From assembly GCA_963816145.1 (NCBI GenBank), contig CAWFJP010000004.1, forward strand, positions 320,001-384,000: a stretch of DNA of 64,000 nt, given 5' to 3'. The translations under genes were made by a program, and so were the position numbers. Source of the DNA: an uncultured delta proteobacterium. GTDB taxonomy: Bacteria; Desulfobacterota; Binatia; UBA9968. Below are positions 39,693 to 50,033 of the stretch, one piece after another. Numbering within the stretch: position 1 is the first letter of the stretch; every line of letters starts with the position of its first letter. The notes under the pieces were generated by a model. The model saw nothing but the letters and a program-made list of their open reading frames with translations, was not told where the DNA came from and did not search any database.

Positions 39693-40613
39693 ATGAGAGT
39701 ATTGGTAACCGGAGGCAATGGTTTTATCGGCTCGCATTTGGTGGATCAATTACTCAAACGCGACTGGAATGTGACGGTTCTTGATGTAAATGAACGACGG
39801 TACGGTTCCTTACCACCACATGTGCATTTTATTAAGGGCGATTTAAATCAAGACTATCTAGTTAGGGAAGCGGTAACCGGGGTCGACGTGGTATTTCATC
39901 TAACCTGGACCACCATTCATGAGATTGCGAATCGAGATCCGGCTGGAGATGTGACGGCAAATCTCATTCCGACAATCCACCTGCTAGAAGCTTGTCGAAA
40001 CGCGGGAGTTCGCCGAATTGTTTTTACTTCCTCGGGGGGGACGGTCTATGGGCCGGCCCAGGCATGGCCGATCTCCGAGACGCATCCGCAAAACCCTGTC
40101 AACAGCTATGGGGTCACGAAACTGGCGGTCGAGAAATACTTTTATATGTTCAGACATCTATACGGGATGGACTATGCCATTTTTCGTCCGTCCGTTCCGT
40201 ATGGGCCTCGGCAGAACCCGCTGGCCCGGCAAGGAGCTATCGCGGTATTTCTCTATCGGGTGGCGCGTGATCTGCCGGTAACCATCTGGGGCGATGGCAG
40301 TGTTACACGTGATTATTTTTATGTCTCCGATTTAGCCGAGGCCCTCATCGCCGGAGCTGAACGTGAACTGCGCGAGCAACGCATCTTCAATATCGGCGGT
40401 GAACAAGAGGTGTCGCTAGTCCAACTGCTAAGAATGATAGAAGAAGTTATCGGCAAGCGAGCACGCGTTGAGTATGCTCCGGCCCGTGGTTTTGACGCGC
40501 CGCGAATCGTACTGGACACCCATCTGGCACGACAGGAATTGGGATGGAAACCTACTGTGTCCCTAACCGACGGGCTCGTTCAAACGTGGGCATGGATGTC
40601 GGACACAGTTTAG
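39693..40613 (+). CDS. NAD-dependent epimerase/dehydratase
   Basis: TGGNGFIGSH, SSGGTVYG, YGVTK, RDYFYVSD. Confidence 0.92.
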   Translation: MRVLVTGGNGFIGSHLVDQLLKRDWNVTVLDVNERRYGSLPPHVHFIKGDLNQDYLVREAVTGVDVVFHLTWTTIHEIANRDPAGDVTANLIPTIHLLEACRNAGVRRIVFTSSGGTVYGPAQAWPISETHPQNPVNSYGVTKLAVEKYFYMFRHLYGMDYAIFRPSVPYGPRQNPLARQGAIAVFLYRVARDLPVTIWGDGSVTRDYFYVSDLAEALIAGAERELREQRIFNIGGEQEVSLVQLLRMIEEVIGKRARVEYAPARGFDAPRIVLDTHLARQELGWKPTVSLTDGLVQTWAWMSDTV

Positions 40614-40638
40614 AGTTACGGAATAATCTGCGTCCATC

Positions 40639-42096
40639 GTGACAACACTTACTTTCAAGCCTTCTATCGATACGCCGCAAATCAAATATCAACAGGCTCG
40701 CAAGCTCCACTGGAACGCAGTCGCTCGCGAGCTGGGAACCTGGAAGGGTTGGGGAGAATATTATCACCAACGATTGGCTGAAGTTTATCGATCGGTAGTT
40801 TCGCCGGGGCAGTCGATCCTTGAAATTGGTTGCGCTCGCGGAGATCTGCTAGCTGCGCTCAAACCGGCTTTAGGTGTTGGAGTGGATTTTTCAGAAGAGA
40901 TGATTGGTGCGGCTAGACGCCGCCACCCAGATCTCCGCTTTATCCACGCGGACGCACATGCACTGGACCTTAGCGAAAAGTTTGATGTGATCATTCTCTC
41001 TGATCTGGTTAACGATCTGTGGGATGTTCAGACCGTCTTGCAACAAATTTGTAAATTCACGACTCCCCGGACCCGGATCATCATAAATTCATACAGCCGT
41101 CTGTGGGAGCCGCTCCTGAGGGCCGCACAATGGTTGAATTTGGCTAAGCCGACACTGTACCAAAATTGGTTGACTGTAGAGGATATTGCTGGACTGCTCG
41201 GTCTTACCGACTGTGAGATAATCAAGAAGTGGCAAGAAATCTTCTGGCCGCTCCGAACCTGGATTTTGGCTGATCTATTTAACCGTTTTGTGGTCAAGAT
41301 CTGGCCTTTCAAACACTTCGCCTTGACCAATTTCATCATTGCCCGGCCTCGCCCTGAACTCGGTTTGCGCGCTACGCTACCCTCTGTCTCAGTGATCATT
41401 CCAGCCCGAAACGAGGCTGGTAATATCGCGGAGATATTCAAACATGTCCCAAACATGGGCCGATCGACAGAATTGGTTTTTGTTGAAGGACATTCGAGAG
41501 ACAACACCTACGATACAATTAAAGCGGCAATTGCGGCCCACCCAGAGCGATGTTGCCAACTGCTACAACAGACCGGTATAGGCAAAGGTGATGCTGTTCG
41601 CTTGGGTTTCGCACGGGCGAAGGGCGAGATCCTGATGATTCTGGATGCCGACCTGACGGTATCACCCGAGGATTTACCGCGCTTCTACGACGCGCTTCTT
41701 TCCGGCAGGGGTGAATTCATCAATGGTGTTCGGCTGGTTTACCCTATGGAGAAGCAGGCGATGCGTTTTCTGAATTTATTGGGCAATAAATTTTTTAGCC
41801 AGGCATTTTCCTGGCTGTTGGGGCAACAGATCAAGGATACCTTGTGCGGCACCAAGGTTTTATGGAAACGCGACTACGAGGCCATCGCCGTCAATCGCGA
41901 TTACTTTGGCGACTTCGACCCCTTCGGTGATTTTGACCTGATTTTCGGTGCGGTGAAATTAAACTTGAAGATTACCGACTTACCAATCCGTTATAGCGAA
42001 CGCACCTACGGCACAACCAACATTCAACGTTGGAAGCATGGGTGGCTGCTGCTGAAGATGGTCGTATTTGCTGCTGAGCGACTCAAATTTGTGTAA
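40639..42096 (+). CDS. fusion of SAM-methyltransferase domain and DPM/GtrB-like GT2
   Basis: LEIGCARG in the N-half. SVIIPARNEAGN, GKGDA, LDADL, DTLCGTK, FGDFDL in the C-half. Confidence 0.88.
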   Translation: MTTLTFKPSIDTPQIKYQQARKLHWNAVARELGTWKGWGEYYHQRLAEVYRSVVSPGQSILEIGCARGDLLAALKPALGVGVDFSEEMIGAARRRHPDLRFIHADAHALDLSEKFDVIILSDLVNDLWDVQTVLQQICKFTTPRTRIIINSYSRLWEPLLRAAQWLNLAKPTLYQNWLTVEDIAGLLGLTDCEIIKKWQEIFWPLRTWILADLFNRFVVKIWPFKHFALTNFIIARPRPELGLRATLPSVSVIIPARNEAGNIAEIFKHVPNMGRSTELVFVEGHSRDNTYDTIKAAIAAHPERCCQLLQQTGIGKGDAVRLGFARAKGEILMILDADLTVSPEDLPRFYDALLSGRGEFINGVRLVYPMEKQAMRFLNLLGNKFFSQAFSWLLGQQIKDTLCGTKVLWKRDYEAIAVNRDYFGDFDPFGDFDLIFGAVKLNLKITDLPIRYSERTYGTTNIQRWKHGWLLLKMVVFAAERLKFV

Positions 42097-42104
42097 GTAT
42101 ACTA

Positions 42105-42875
42105 ATGCTCAAAACTTGGCTTGCCCACCCCCTCACTCGGGGCCTGAATATTGACCACCCAGAAACTACGCAACTGCGTCAGCAAATCATTCAAGAAAAG
42201 ATCTTCTTGAAACGGATTTATCAGGAATGGTATCGTGCGATCGCCGCGACTTTGCCGCCCAGTCAAGGTGCGGTACTGGAGTTGGGAGCAGGTGGGGGAT
42301 TCATGAGGGAATTTGTTCCCAACCTCATCACTTCGGAGCTTTTTTTCTGTCCGCGTATTCGAACGGTATTAGATGGGTTGCACTTGCCGTTTGCAGCCTA
42401 CTCTTTACGTGCCATCGTGATGACTAACGTACTCCATCACTTGCCAGAACCCCAGCTTTTTTTTGCCGAGGCAACTCGTTGCGTGCGGCCCGGAGGAGTA
42501 GTGGCGATGATCGAGCCGTGGGTTACTCCTTGGTCCCGATTCGTCTACAGCCGTTTACACCACGAGCCTTTTGAGCCCGAAGCGCCGTCTTGGGAGCTTC
42601 CGACCAGCGGTCCACTTTCCGGCGCAAATGACGCGATGCCATGGATTGTCTTTGTCAGAGACCGGTTGCAGTTTGAGCATGAGTTTCCGCAATGGCAAAT
42701 CGAAGTGATTAAGCCGACTATGCCTTTTCGCTATTTGCTTTCCGGCGGGGTTTCGCTACGAAGTCTCGCCCCTGGCTGGAGCTTCGAACTGTGCCGTGGG
42801 CTCGAAAATGCTCTTGGCCGGTGGAACGATCACCTGGCCATGTTTGCGCAGATTGTCGTGCGGCGTCTGGCATAA
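42105..42875 (+). CDS. class I SAM-dependent methyltransferase
   Basis: VLELGAGGG, NVLHHL, PGGVVAMIEP, HHEP, LSGG. Confidence 0.87.
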   Translation: MLKTWLAHPLTRGLNIDHPETTQLRQQIIQEKIFLKRIYQEWYRAIAATLPPSQGAVLELGAGGGFMREFVPNLITSELFFCPRIRTVLDGLHLPFAAYSLRAIVMTNVLHHLPEPQLFFAEATRCVRPGGVVAMIEPWVTPWSRFVYSRLHHEPFEPEAPSWELPTSGPLSGANDAMPWIVFVRDRLQFEHEFPQWQIEVIKPTMPFRYLLSGGVSLRSLAPGWSFELCRGLENALGRWNDHLAMFAQIVVRRLA

Positions 42876-42879
42876 GCCA

Positions 42880-42985
42880 CCTCGAGGATCGTTACGTCCC
42901 CATGCTTAAATGTTCCAAAGCAGTGTTTCAGCTAGAAGCGCCATTGGCTGAACACGCAGGCATTTTGATCTATCGGCGAAACACT
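42880..42985 (+). pseudogene. C-terminal remnant of a paralog of the downstream GT-C gene
   Basis: FQLEAPLAEHAGILIYRR versus YEQEPPLPEDPGILIFHRK at the end of 43009-44838. Confidence 0.55.
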
Positions 42986-43008
42986 CTTCCAATGATCGTG
43001 TTGGTTCT

Positions 43009-44838
43009 ATGAGCATAATCTCTACGGTTAAAGAGATCGCAGGTCAAATAAAGAATCTTGGCGTTCATGAGCTTTACAGAAAAATTGTGGAGCTCGAAGG
43101 TTGTGTGGTTGAGCTCACTAAGGAGAAACAGGCTCTTGAGGAGCGAAACGAGCAGCTAAAGCATTCGTTAGAATTTCGCAAGGAAACGTGGTTGAGACGT
43201 CTGGGTCCCATCCGCCTGTTCACGCAGTGGCGAGCGTATCTAGTACCGGTCGTGGTGTGCTGTCCTAGTCTTATCTGGATTGCGCTGGATAAAACTGCCT
43301 GGCCCTGGGATCAAGCGTGGTACGCTAAAGGTTCAACCGAGCTGTTCTATACCCTAATTTATAACCCTTCGTCTTGGTGGCCTACGCTGTTAAGCGGCTT
43401 ATCCCAGAAGGCGCCTGGGATCGCTTGGTTGGGCCAATTCTTTGTACCCTTAGGTTATCTATTAGGTTCAATTGACGTGGGATTGCTGTTGTCCATCCTA
43501 GTGACTCAAGCGCTGACACTGATGCTAGTATTTAAGTCTGTCGAAGAGTTATCAGGTGGCGAGAAGTTAATTGCGATAGCGGGTTGTATCATGGTAGCTT
43601 CAGCTCCTTTATTCATCGGCCTCTCCCATCAATTCCTTGTCGAGCCGATGCAAACACTAGCGGTAGCGTGGTTTGCGTCAATTATGACTTTCGCACCAAA
43701 ATGGAACCGGGCATTCATTTTGAGTCAGCTAGTGGCCGCTACATCCTTCGCAATGTTGGCTAAAGTTAGCTCACCTTTATATTGCTGTGGACCCGGGCTG
43801 GTCGCATTGAGCTACGCCTTCAAACCCCGATTGCTGTACTCTGGTAGCGATTGGCGGCAAGGGCGCGTCATCGTGACACTAGCTTTCGGTATAGTTTTAT
43901 CTTTTGCTGGTGCTGCTTGGTATCTGCGGAATATAAAATTTGTCGTCGACTACGTGGCCCTGGCTTCAACAGGGGCCGTTGCCGAGCTTTACGGCAAGAA
44001 CGACACTTTTTTGAATTCCATGTTTTACTGGCTTGACTCCTTACAAGCGAGCTTTTTTCTGCCCAGCTTTCTTATTTTAAGCGGTGCAATCGTGGCCGGT
44101 GGGGTTGTTCGCCATCTCGTTAAACCCAATTCATCTCTCAGGTACTTTACCCTGTGCAGCGTTATAGGTTTCTTGCAGATCCTGGTCGCGCTATCAGTGT
44201 TCTCGTTCAGTTCCAATCGAGACAACCGCTACTTATTGCCTTTGCTACCGTACGTTGCGATCTTATTATGTTGGGGTCTGGTTCAAATCAACAAAATCAT
44301 AGTAACCGCGTTGGTACTTTGTACTTTTTCGATCCAGTTGGCTATGGCTCACGCAATTACCTTAAGCATAATGCCGCCGAACAACAGCATTTCATTTTGG
44401 CTGTATCCGGCGAATAAGAACAGCAGGGACGCCACGGCTTTAAATGCGCTCGTCAGCCGGACTTGTACGGACAAAAGCGAAAGCCCGGGGCGTTACTACA
44501 ACACCGTAGGGGTTGAAAAACCCTGGCTCAATCTATGGACACTCTCTTACGTCGCGGCAAAAAACTTAGCGCCTAGTAACGTGTTGAACTGTTTTTACGC
44601 CTCTCTTGGCTATGTCGAGTCCGACGCAGATAAGATATGGAAGCAGATTCTGGCTTTACAAACCCGTTACTACATCACAACAGACCCCAATTTGTATCCG
44701 ATACCGTCAGACCCGGTGGATCAGGCAATAAATCAGCTAAGTGCCCCGATCCTGGAGCGTATCCGAACGAGTGGCTTGTATGAGCAAGAACCACCTTTGC
44801 CAGAAGACCCAGGCATTCTCATCTTTCACCGGAAGTAA
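43009..44838 (+). CDS. polytopic membrane GT-C-fold glycosyltransferase (ArnT/PMT-like) with short N-terminal coiled coil
   Basis: WPWDQAWY after TM1, many TM helices, LVE, RYLLPLLP and a C-terminal soluble domain. Confidence 0.75.
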   Translation: MSIISTVKEIAGQIKNLGVHELYRKIVELEGCVVELTKEKQALEERNEQLKHSLEFRKETWLRRLGPIRLFTQWRAYLVPVVVCCPSLIWIALDKTAWPWDQAWYAKGSTELFYTLIYNPSSWWPTLLSGLSQKAPGIAWLGQFFVPLGYLLGSIDVGLLLSILVTQALTLMLVFKSVEELSGGEKLIAIAGCIMVASAPLFIGLSHQFLVEPMQTLAVAWFASIMTFAPKWNRAFILSQLVAATSFAMLAKVSSPLYCCGPGLVALSYAFKPRLLYSGSDWRQGRVIVTLAFGIVLSFAGAAWYLRNIKFVVDYVALASTGAVAELYGKNDTFLNSMFYWLDSLQASFFLPSFLILSGAIVAGGVVRHLVKPNSSLRYFTLCSVIGFLQILVALSVFSFSSNRDNRYLLPLLPYVAILLCWGLVQINKIIVTALVLCTFSIQLAMAHAITLSIMPPNNSISFWLYPANKNSRDATALNALVSRTCTDKSESPGRYYNTVGVEKPWLNLWTLSYVAAKNLAPSNVLNCFYASLGYVESDADKIWKQILALQTRYYITTDPNLYPIPSDPVDQAINQLSAPILERIRTSGLYEQEPPLPEDPGILIFHRK

Positions 44839-45192
44839 AGTTGGTCCGCAGCAATTACTAAATCGGTAACGGGTAAAGAACGCATGAATCAAGTCTAAGT
44901 TTATATGTTCTGCTTCGTAACGTCGACCGACCGCGATAACGCATTTCTCGACCGGATGACGAACTCGCTGAGCATGGTGCAACTCACCGAACCCGGTGAG
45001 TTCTGAGTCGATCCAATTGGGCGTCGCCATACGGGGTGTGGCGATCCGCTCTCAAATGCGTGGATTGCTCTTTGTTGGGGTGGTTTTAGATAAATAAATG
45101 GAGACCGCTAACGTGGTGGTTAATAGGCGGGTTCAAAAAAATGTTTCAAATTTCTTGCCGAATTCTCTAAAGGATTAAGGGGGGCAGTTCAA

Positions 45193-46182
45193 ATGAAAAA
45201 GGCACTCATTACAGGTATAACGGGCCAGGACGGTTCTTATCTTGCAGAATTACTTTTGGAGAAAGGGTACGAGGTTCATGGCATTGTTCGGCGAGTTGCG
45301 ATTGAAGATCCGGAGCACAGACTCTGGCGGATAAAACACATAATCGACAAGCTCGTTCTTCATGCTGCCTCGCTGGAAAGTTTTGCCAGTATTTTCAGTG
45401 TGGTGGATAAAGTACAGCCGGATGAGATTTATCATTTAGCTGCCCAAAGTTTCGTGAGCTACTCCTTCGAAGATGAGTTTTCCACAATCGGTACCAATAT
45501 CAACGGCACTCATTACATGCTCGCGGCCATGAAGGAAAGAGCGCCGCATGCGCGGTTTTATTTTGCCGCATCGAGCGAGATGTACGGCAACGCAAAAGAA
45601 ACCCCGCAAAACGAAAATACCAGTTTTCACCCGCGGTCACCGTACGGCATCTCCAAAGTGGCCGGCTTCCAACTAACGGAAAATTATCGCCACGCCTATA
45701 ATCTCTATGCTGTGAGCGGTATTTGTTTTAACCACGAGTCACCCAGAAGGGGGTTTGAATTCGTATCGAGAAAAGTCATTAATACCGTCGCTCGAATTAA
45801 ACTTGGACTGGCAAATGAACTGGTGCTGGGCAACCTCGAATCAAAGAGGGACTGGGGTTATGCGGCTGATTATGTCAGAGCCATGTGGCTGATGTTGCAA
45901 CAGAGTGAGCCGGATGACTACGTCATCGCGACCGGAGAGAGTCATTCGGTGACGGATCTAGTGCAAAACGCGTTTAAGCATGTCGGCCTCGACTATGAAA
46001 AGTATACGACCATCGATAAAAGGCTATATCGGCCATCGGAAATTTATGAATTGAGAGGGGATTACGCCAAGGCGAGGCAGAAATTGAATTGGGAGCCTTC
46101 GGTAAAGTTTGATCGGCTGATTCACATGATGGTAGACTCTGAGATCGCTTCTCTGACGGAGCGTTCATCAAAAAGAGCCTAG
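45193..46182 (+). CDS. gmd: GDP-mannose 4,6-dehydratase
   Basis: ITGITGQDGSYLAE, PRSPYGISK, FNHESPRRG, RDWGYA. Confidence 0.96.
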   Translation: MKKALITGITGQDGSYLAELLLEKGYEVHGIVRRVAIEDPEHRLWRIKHIIDKLVLHAASLESFASIFSVVDKVQPDEIYHLAAQSFVSYSFEDEFSTIGTNINGTHYMLAAMKERAPHARFYFAASSEMYGNAKETPQNENTSFHPRSPYGISKVAGFQLTENYRHAYNLYAVSGICFNHESPRRGFEFVSRKVINTVARIKLGLANELVLGNLESKRDWGYAADYVRAMWLMLQQSEPDDYVIATGESHSVTDLVQNAFKHVGLDYEKYTTIDKRLYRPSEIYELRGDYAKARQKLNWEPSVKFDRLIHMMVDSEIASLTERSSKRA

Positions 46183-46331
46183 AGCCAAAAATATCGGAAA
46201 GTTTTGGCTCCCTCGATTTTCTCCGAGTCCTCACCCCCCTCCGCGGTGAGATAGCGGAATTTCTTTTACATGGCAGAGATACAGAGTTCGCGGAGGCTAA
46301 GACTGTCCCCGACATGACGGTACCTGACGAA

Positions 46332-46341
46332 TGTAGCTACA
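46332..46341. promoter_or_regulatory. perfect palindrome TGTAGCTACA, possible antitoxin operator
   Basis: 10-bp palindrome about 45 nt upstream of the Phd-like remnant. Confidence 0.4.
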
Positions 46342-46384
46342 ATCGATATGGAATATGGCTAGTTAGAAAGAGATCGCTATAGAG

Positions 46385-46505
46385 ATGACAGCCGGTAGCC
46401 GAGACCTGAAAAAAAATTTGGGCCATTATCTGAGGGAAGTAAAAAGGGGCGCTCAGTTACACTCACCGAAAGAGGAAACGTCGTGGCTACTATCGTTCCG
46501 GGCCG
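46385..46505 (+). pseudogene. frameshifted Phd/YefM-family antitoxin remnant
   Basis: MTAGSRDLKKNLGHYLREVKRG, a frameshift, then SVTLTERGNVVATIVPG. Matches the family pattern RELK..LS.YL..V..GE.V.IT.RG.PVA.LVP. Confidence 0.75.
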
Positions 46506-46633
46506 CACAAACGCAGGCGAGAGTGTCGTGTTTTCTTGTTTGATGCTCGCGTCGCCGATGCAGCGGGAAAGCAGCTCTGCGGTTTATGAAATAGGAAAAA
46601 GCTCGGAGGAGTCGGGTGCCCTCTCGGCATAAG

Positions 46634-47638
46634 ATGATTCCCGGAGAAGAGAATAAAAAGGTTAGCATTATCGTTGTTAACTGGAATGGTGAAGGATTTC
46701 TCAATGATTGCCTGAGCGCTCTTTCCGACCAAACCTATGCTAATTACGAAATCATCCTTGTTGACAACGGCTCTTCTGACAACTCCGTCTGCCTGACCAG
46801 GGAAAAGTTTCCCCAGGTAAAGATCGCTGCGCTTAGCGAGAACAAGGGTTTCACGGGAGGTAACGCGGCCGGGCTGGAGGTCGCTCAAGGGCCATACATC
46901 GCGCTGGTCAATAATGATGCCCGCACTGACAAGACATGGCTTGAAAACCTTCTCCAGCCGATGTTGCGCGATCGGAGCATCGGTATATGCGCGTCGAAGC
47001 TCATCTTCGAGAATTCTCTAATTCTCAACAGTGCCGGCGACGGGATCACCACCGCCGCCGTCGGCTTCAATCGCGGCCTGGGTAAAGATCCTGCGTTGTT
47101 TAACGGGGCGGATTTAGTCTTTAGTGCTTGTGGAGCGGCGGTTCTCTACCGCCGCAGGATGCTCGCGGAGATCGGGTTTTTGGACGACAATTTTTTTCTC
47201 TACGACGAAGACACGGACTTGAGCTTTCGGGCGCAGCTTGCGGGTTGGAAGTGCGTCTACGTTCCGAATGCGATCGCGTTCCACAAAGCCAACGCCACCG
47301 CCGGCCGGCTAAGCGACACCCATGTTTATTATCATACCCGCAATTTGGAATTCGTCTGGATCAAAAACATGCCGCTCGGTTTGATGCTCCGATTCGCGCA
47401 CCAGAAATTCTTTCAGGAGATTGGTTCATTTTGCTACCTCTGTTTGCGGCACGGGAAGTGGACACCGTTCTTTAAGGCCAAGAGAGACGCGCTCAAAATG
47501 TTGCCCCAGATGTGGAAAGAAAGGCGGGCGATTCAGGCACGGCGGCGCGTGTCGAGCGGGTATCTCCGCTCGCTGATGACCTCCATGTTCACGTGGGATT
47601 TTGTACGGCAAAAGATTCGGCAACTAATCAAAGGTTGA
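46634..47638 (+). CDS. GT2 glycosyltransferase (WbbL-like)
   Basis: IIVVNWNG, VDNGSSD, NKGFTGGN, VNND, FFLYDEDTDL. Confidence 0.92.
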   Translation: MIPGEENKKVSIIVVNWNGEGFLNDCLSALSDQTYANYEIILVDNGSSDNSVCLTREKFPQVKIAALSENKGFTGGNAAGLEVAQGPYIALVNNDARTDKTWLENLLQPMLRDRSIGICASKLIFENSLILNSAGDGITTAAVGFNRGLGKDPALFNGADLVFSACGAAVLYRRRMLAEIGFLDDNFFLYDEDTDLSFRAQLAGWKCVYVPNAIAFHKANATAGRLSDTHVYYHTRNLEFVWIKNMPLGLMLRFAHQKFFQEIGSFCYLCLRHGKWTPFFKAKRDALKMLPQMWKERRAIQARRRVSSGYLRSLMTSMFTWDFVRQKIRQLIKG

Positions 47639-47699
47639 GTTCAAATATCTGCTGTTGATCTTGCCCCGCAATAGGAGCGAGCGGTCGCTAGCTTTTCGG

Positions 47700-48850
47700 C
47701 AACGCTTGCCAGCGATCGAATGGGACGCTCAGCGGCCGTTGGTCTGAACTCTTGGCGCGGCATTTGGGCGTTTCTGCATAATCGTAAAAGAATTGAATGT
47801 GGATACTGCCCCACGGGTGGCTGTTTTCAGTACGTCAAATTGATACCAGTGCCAACCTCGCGCCAAGAACACCTTTGTCACAACCAACCCATTCAGCCTG
47901 ATCTCAACTCTTTGGCAGGCAGGCCCTTTGGGGGAATTGGGAAAAACGTTGAAACGGAAATGGCAATCCCGCTCAGTGGGCAAGGTTATGACCAATTCCG
48001 ATGCCAGACCAGTGGCCCAAACCATCGACCGTTTGCTGCCGTTCCACTATTCATCGCCCGACCAACCGTAGCCTAATGATGGTCGCGCTTGAGGCGTGCC
48101 AAAGTCAAAGTTGATTATCAAGGGATCTTGCGGAGCGATGTTGTTTGCCGCCACCATCTGCGCTGCAATCTTTTTTCAGCGTAATAAAGAAAAGTGAGAG
48201 CACTGAAGCCAAGCGTTAATGCGCCCTTCCAACCGACAAGCCCGAGCCAGCTTGGGCGAATGTCATTGCCGCGCGGAATTGATTTTTTTGCGATGGCAAG
48301 CCTGTTGCCGGGCCGATAACGGCTCCGCCGACCGCGTTCCAAGTATACTGTGCGTGCCAATAAAGACGGGAAATAGCAGGTAGAATCGCCGGTCAATTAA
48401 AACTGGACTCACGGCGAGAGAGCTAACACCGAGGCCGGAGGCGAGGCCAAACGCCGGCGCGCGTACGGCCCGAAGGAGGGAAGTGGAATCGCACGTCTGG
48501 TTGTGATTACTGGGTATACTCGAGCGCTCCGGCAATTGCGCTGACGAGAACTAACACAATGAGCACCGCAACCCCGGCGGTTTTGGTGCGAACATTTAAT
48601 AATAGCCGTGCTCCGGCAGTGTTGCGTCTATGACGATTTCCACGGCGCCGTGGTCGTAGTATCCGAAAATCCCCATCAACGGCTCAAATAATGGCGCGCG
48701 CAGCACGGGACAGACAAGATGCGTTACATCGACATTAGTTGAAGACTGATAGCATAACGTTGCTTGAGTGACTAAGAGATAAAGACCCAGTGTCACGCCG
48801 AACCGAGTAGGTGAACGGCGGTCTGCAGCCTAGCGGCGACTGAGCGTGCC
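47700..48850 (-). pseudogene. heavily decayed membrane glycosyltransferase-like gene (TM region plus periplasmic beta domain)
   Basis: Minus-strand fragments in shifting frames: AGVAVLIVLVLVSAIAGALEY, DRRFYLLFPVF, YWHAQYTWNAVGG, VWATGLASELVITLP...QRVEIRLNG...LARGWHWYQFDV. Many stop codons. Confidence 0.55.
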
Positions 48851-49000
48851 ACTCACCGCTGGGGAACGCGACGATCGCGGGAGTAGACCGCGGTGGAATT
48901 GCCTGCTATCTTCGGCATTCGGGATTGCACACTCTGCATGAATCGCGATAGCTTAAAATAGCTGTGGTCTGGATCATTCGGCAAACGATTATTATTAACG

Positions 49001-49912
49001 ATGACGGTCGTGCGAGGTATATGGGTGAACGGATTGGCATTTCTCAAAACCATTTTCGCAGTATTGGCGGCGTTGGCGTTGTGCGCTTGCGGCGGCGATG
49101 AAGCCAGACGGTTACCGGATTCTGGCTTCGCCGTCGAATTTTTGGAGAACGACATTCCCAGCACGATGACGGCCGGTAACAAACTTTTCGCTAATGTCGT
49201 TATTCGCAACATCAGCAAACAAACCTGGCCAAGCCGGCCGAACGCAAAGAATCGTAATCAAGTGAATCTTTCCTATCGCTGGAAGGACCCAAAGGGCCAA
49301 GTCTTAGTCGCGGACGGAGTGCGAACGCCGCTGCCGCGCAATCTGGCGCCGGGTGAATCCGTTCGACTGAAGATGAATATTGAGACGCCGGCACGGCCCG
49401 GGCGATATGTCATTGAAGTGACATTAGTTCAGGAGGCGGTTGCATGGTTCGACGAAAAAGGCGGCGCTGCGCTGGCGCTTCCTGTTGTCGTGTCAGAGGC
49501 AACGGCGAAGAACACAGAAAGCGAAATTACACCTACTGCGGCAAGCGCGCCGGCGCGGAGCGGCGATAAGCCAGTTAAAGTGAAACCCGCGAGCGTGAAG
49601 GTGCAGTCGAAGCAGGACGCTGCCCCTCGCGTCCCTGACAAGGCTCAAAAGGCTGTAGCGACTGCCAAGGGCACAACCGGACTATGGTTCATTCAAGTGG
49701 GCTCGTTTCCGGAACGTCACAATGCCGCAAGTGCCGCCAGAAAGTTGGGCCAGAAGGGCCACGATGTGTACGTCTTGGAGACAGAGGTCAACGGGAAAAA
49801 GCAGCAGCGAGTTGAAGTCGGTCGTTTGGCGAGCCGGGACGAGGCGGTGTCGCTGCAACAGGTATTAAAACAAAAAGAAAATTTCTCTCGGACAATCGTC
49901 GCCAAACAGTAA
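49001..49912 (+). CDS. lipoprotein with NBR1-like Ig domain and C-terminal SPOR domain
   Basis: Lipobox LCA-C. VNLSYRW...RTPLPRNLAPGES...PGRY...LVQEAVAWF. WFIQVGSF...RVEVG. Confidence 0.82.
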   Translation: MTVVRGIWVNGLAFLKTIFAVLAALALCACGGDEARRLPDSGFAVEFLENDIPSTMTAGNKLFANVVIRNISKQTWPSRPNAKNRNQVNLSYRWKDPKGQVLVADGVRTPLPRNLAPGESVRLKMNIETPARPGRYVIEVTLVQEAVAWFDEKGGAALALPVVVSEATAKNTESEITPTAASAPARSGDKPVKVKPASVKVQSKQDAAPRVPDKAQKAVATAKGTTGLWFIQVGSFPERHNAASAARKLGQKGHDVYVLETEVNGKKQQRVEVGRLASRDEAVSLQQVLKQKENFSRTIVAKQ

Positions 49913-50033
49913 GCGGCCGCCAGCGACAAATTTTAGACATAACACGATTTCGCAGGTGTCGCGGCGGCGACGTGAGATGCTCAGTGCCGACCCTTGGCTG
50001 TTCAGAGTGATCTGACTGAAGTTGCTTATCCGA

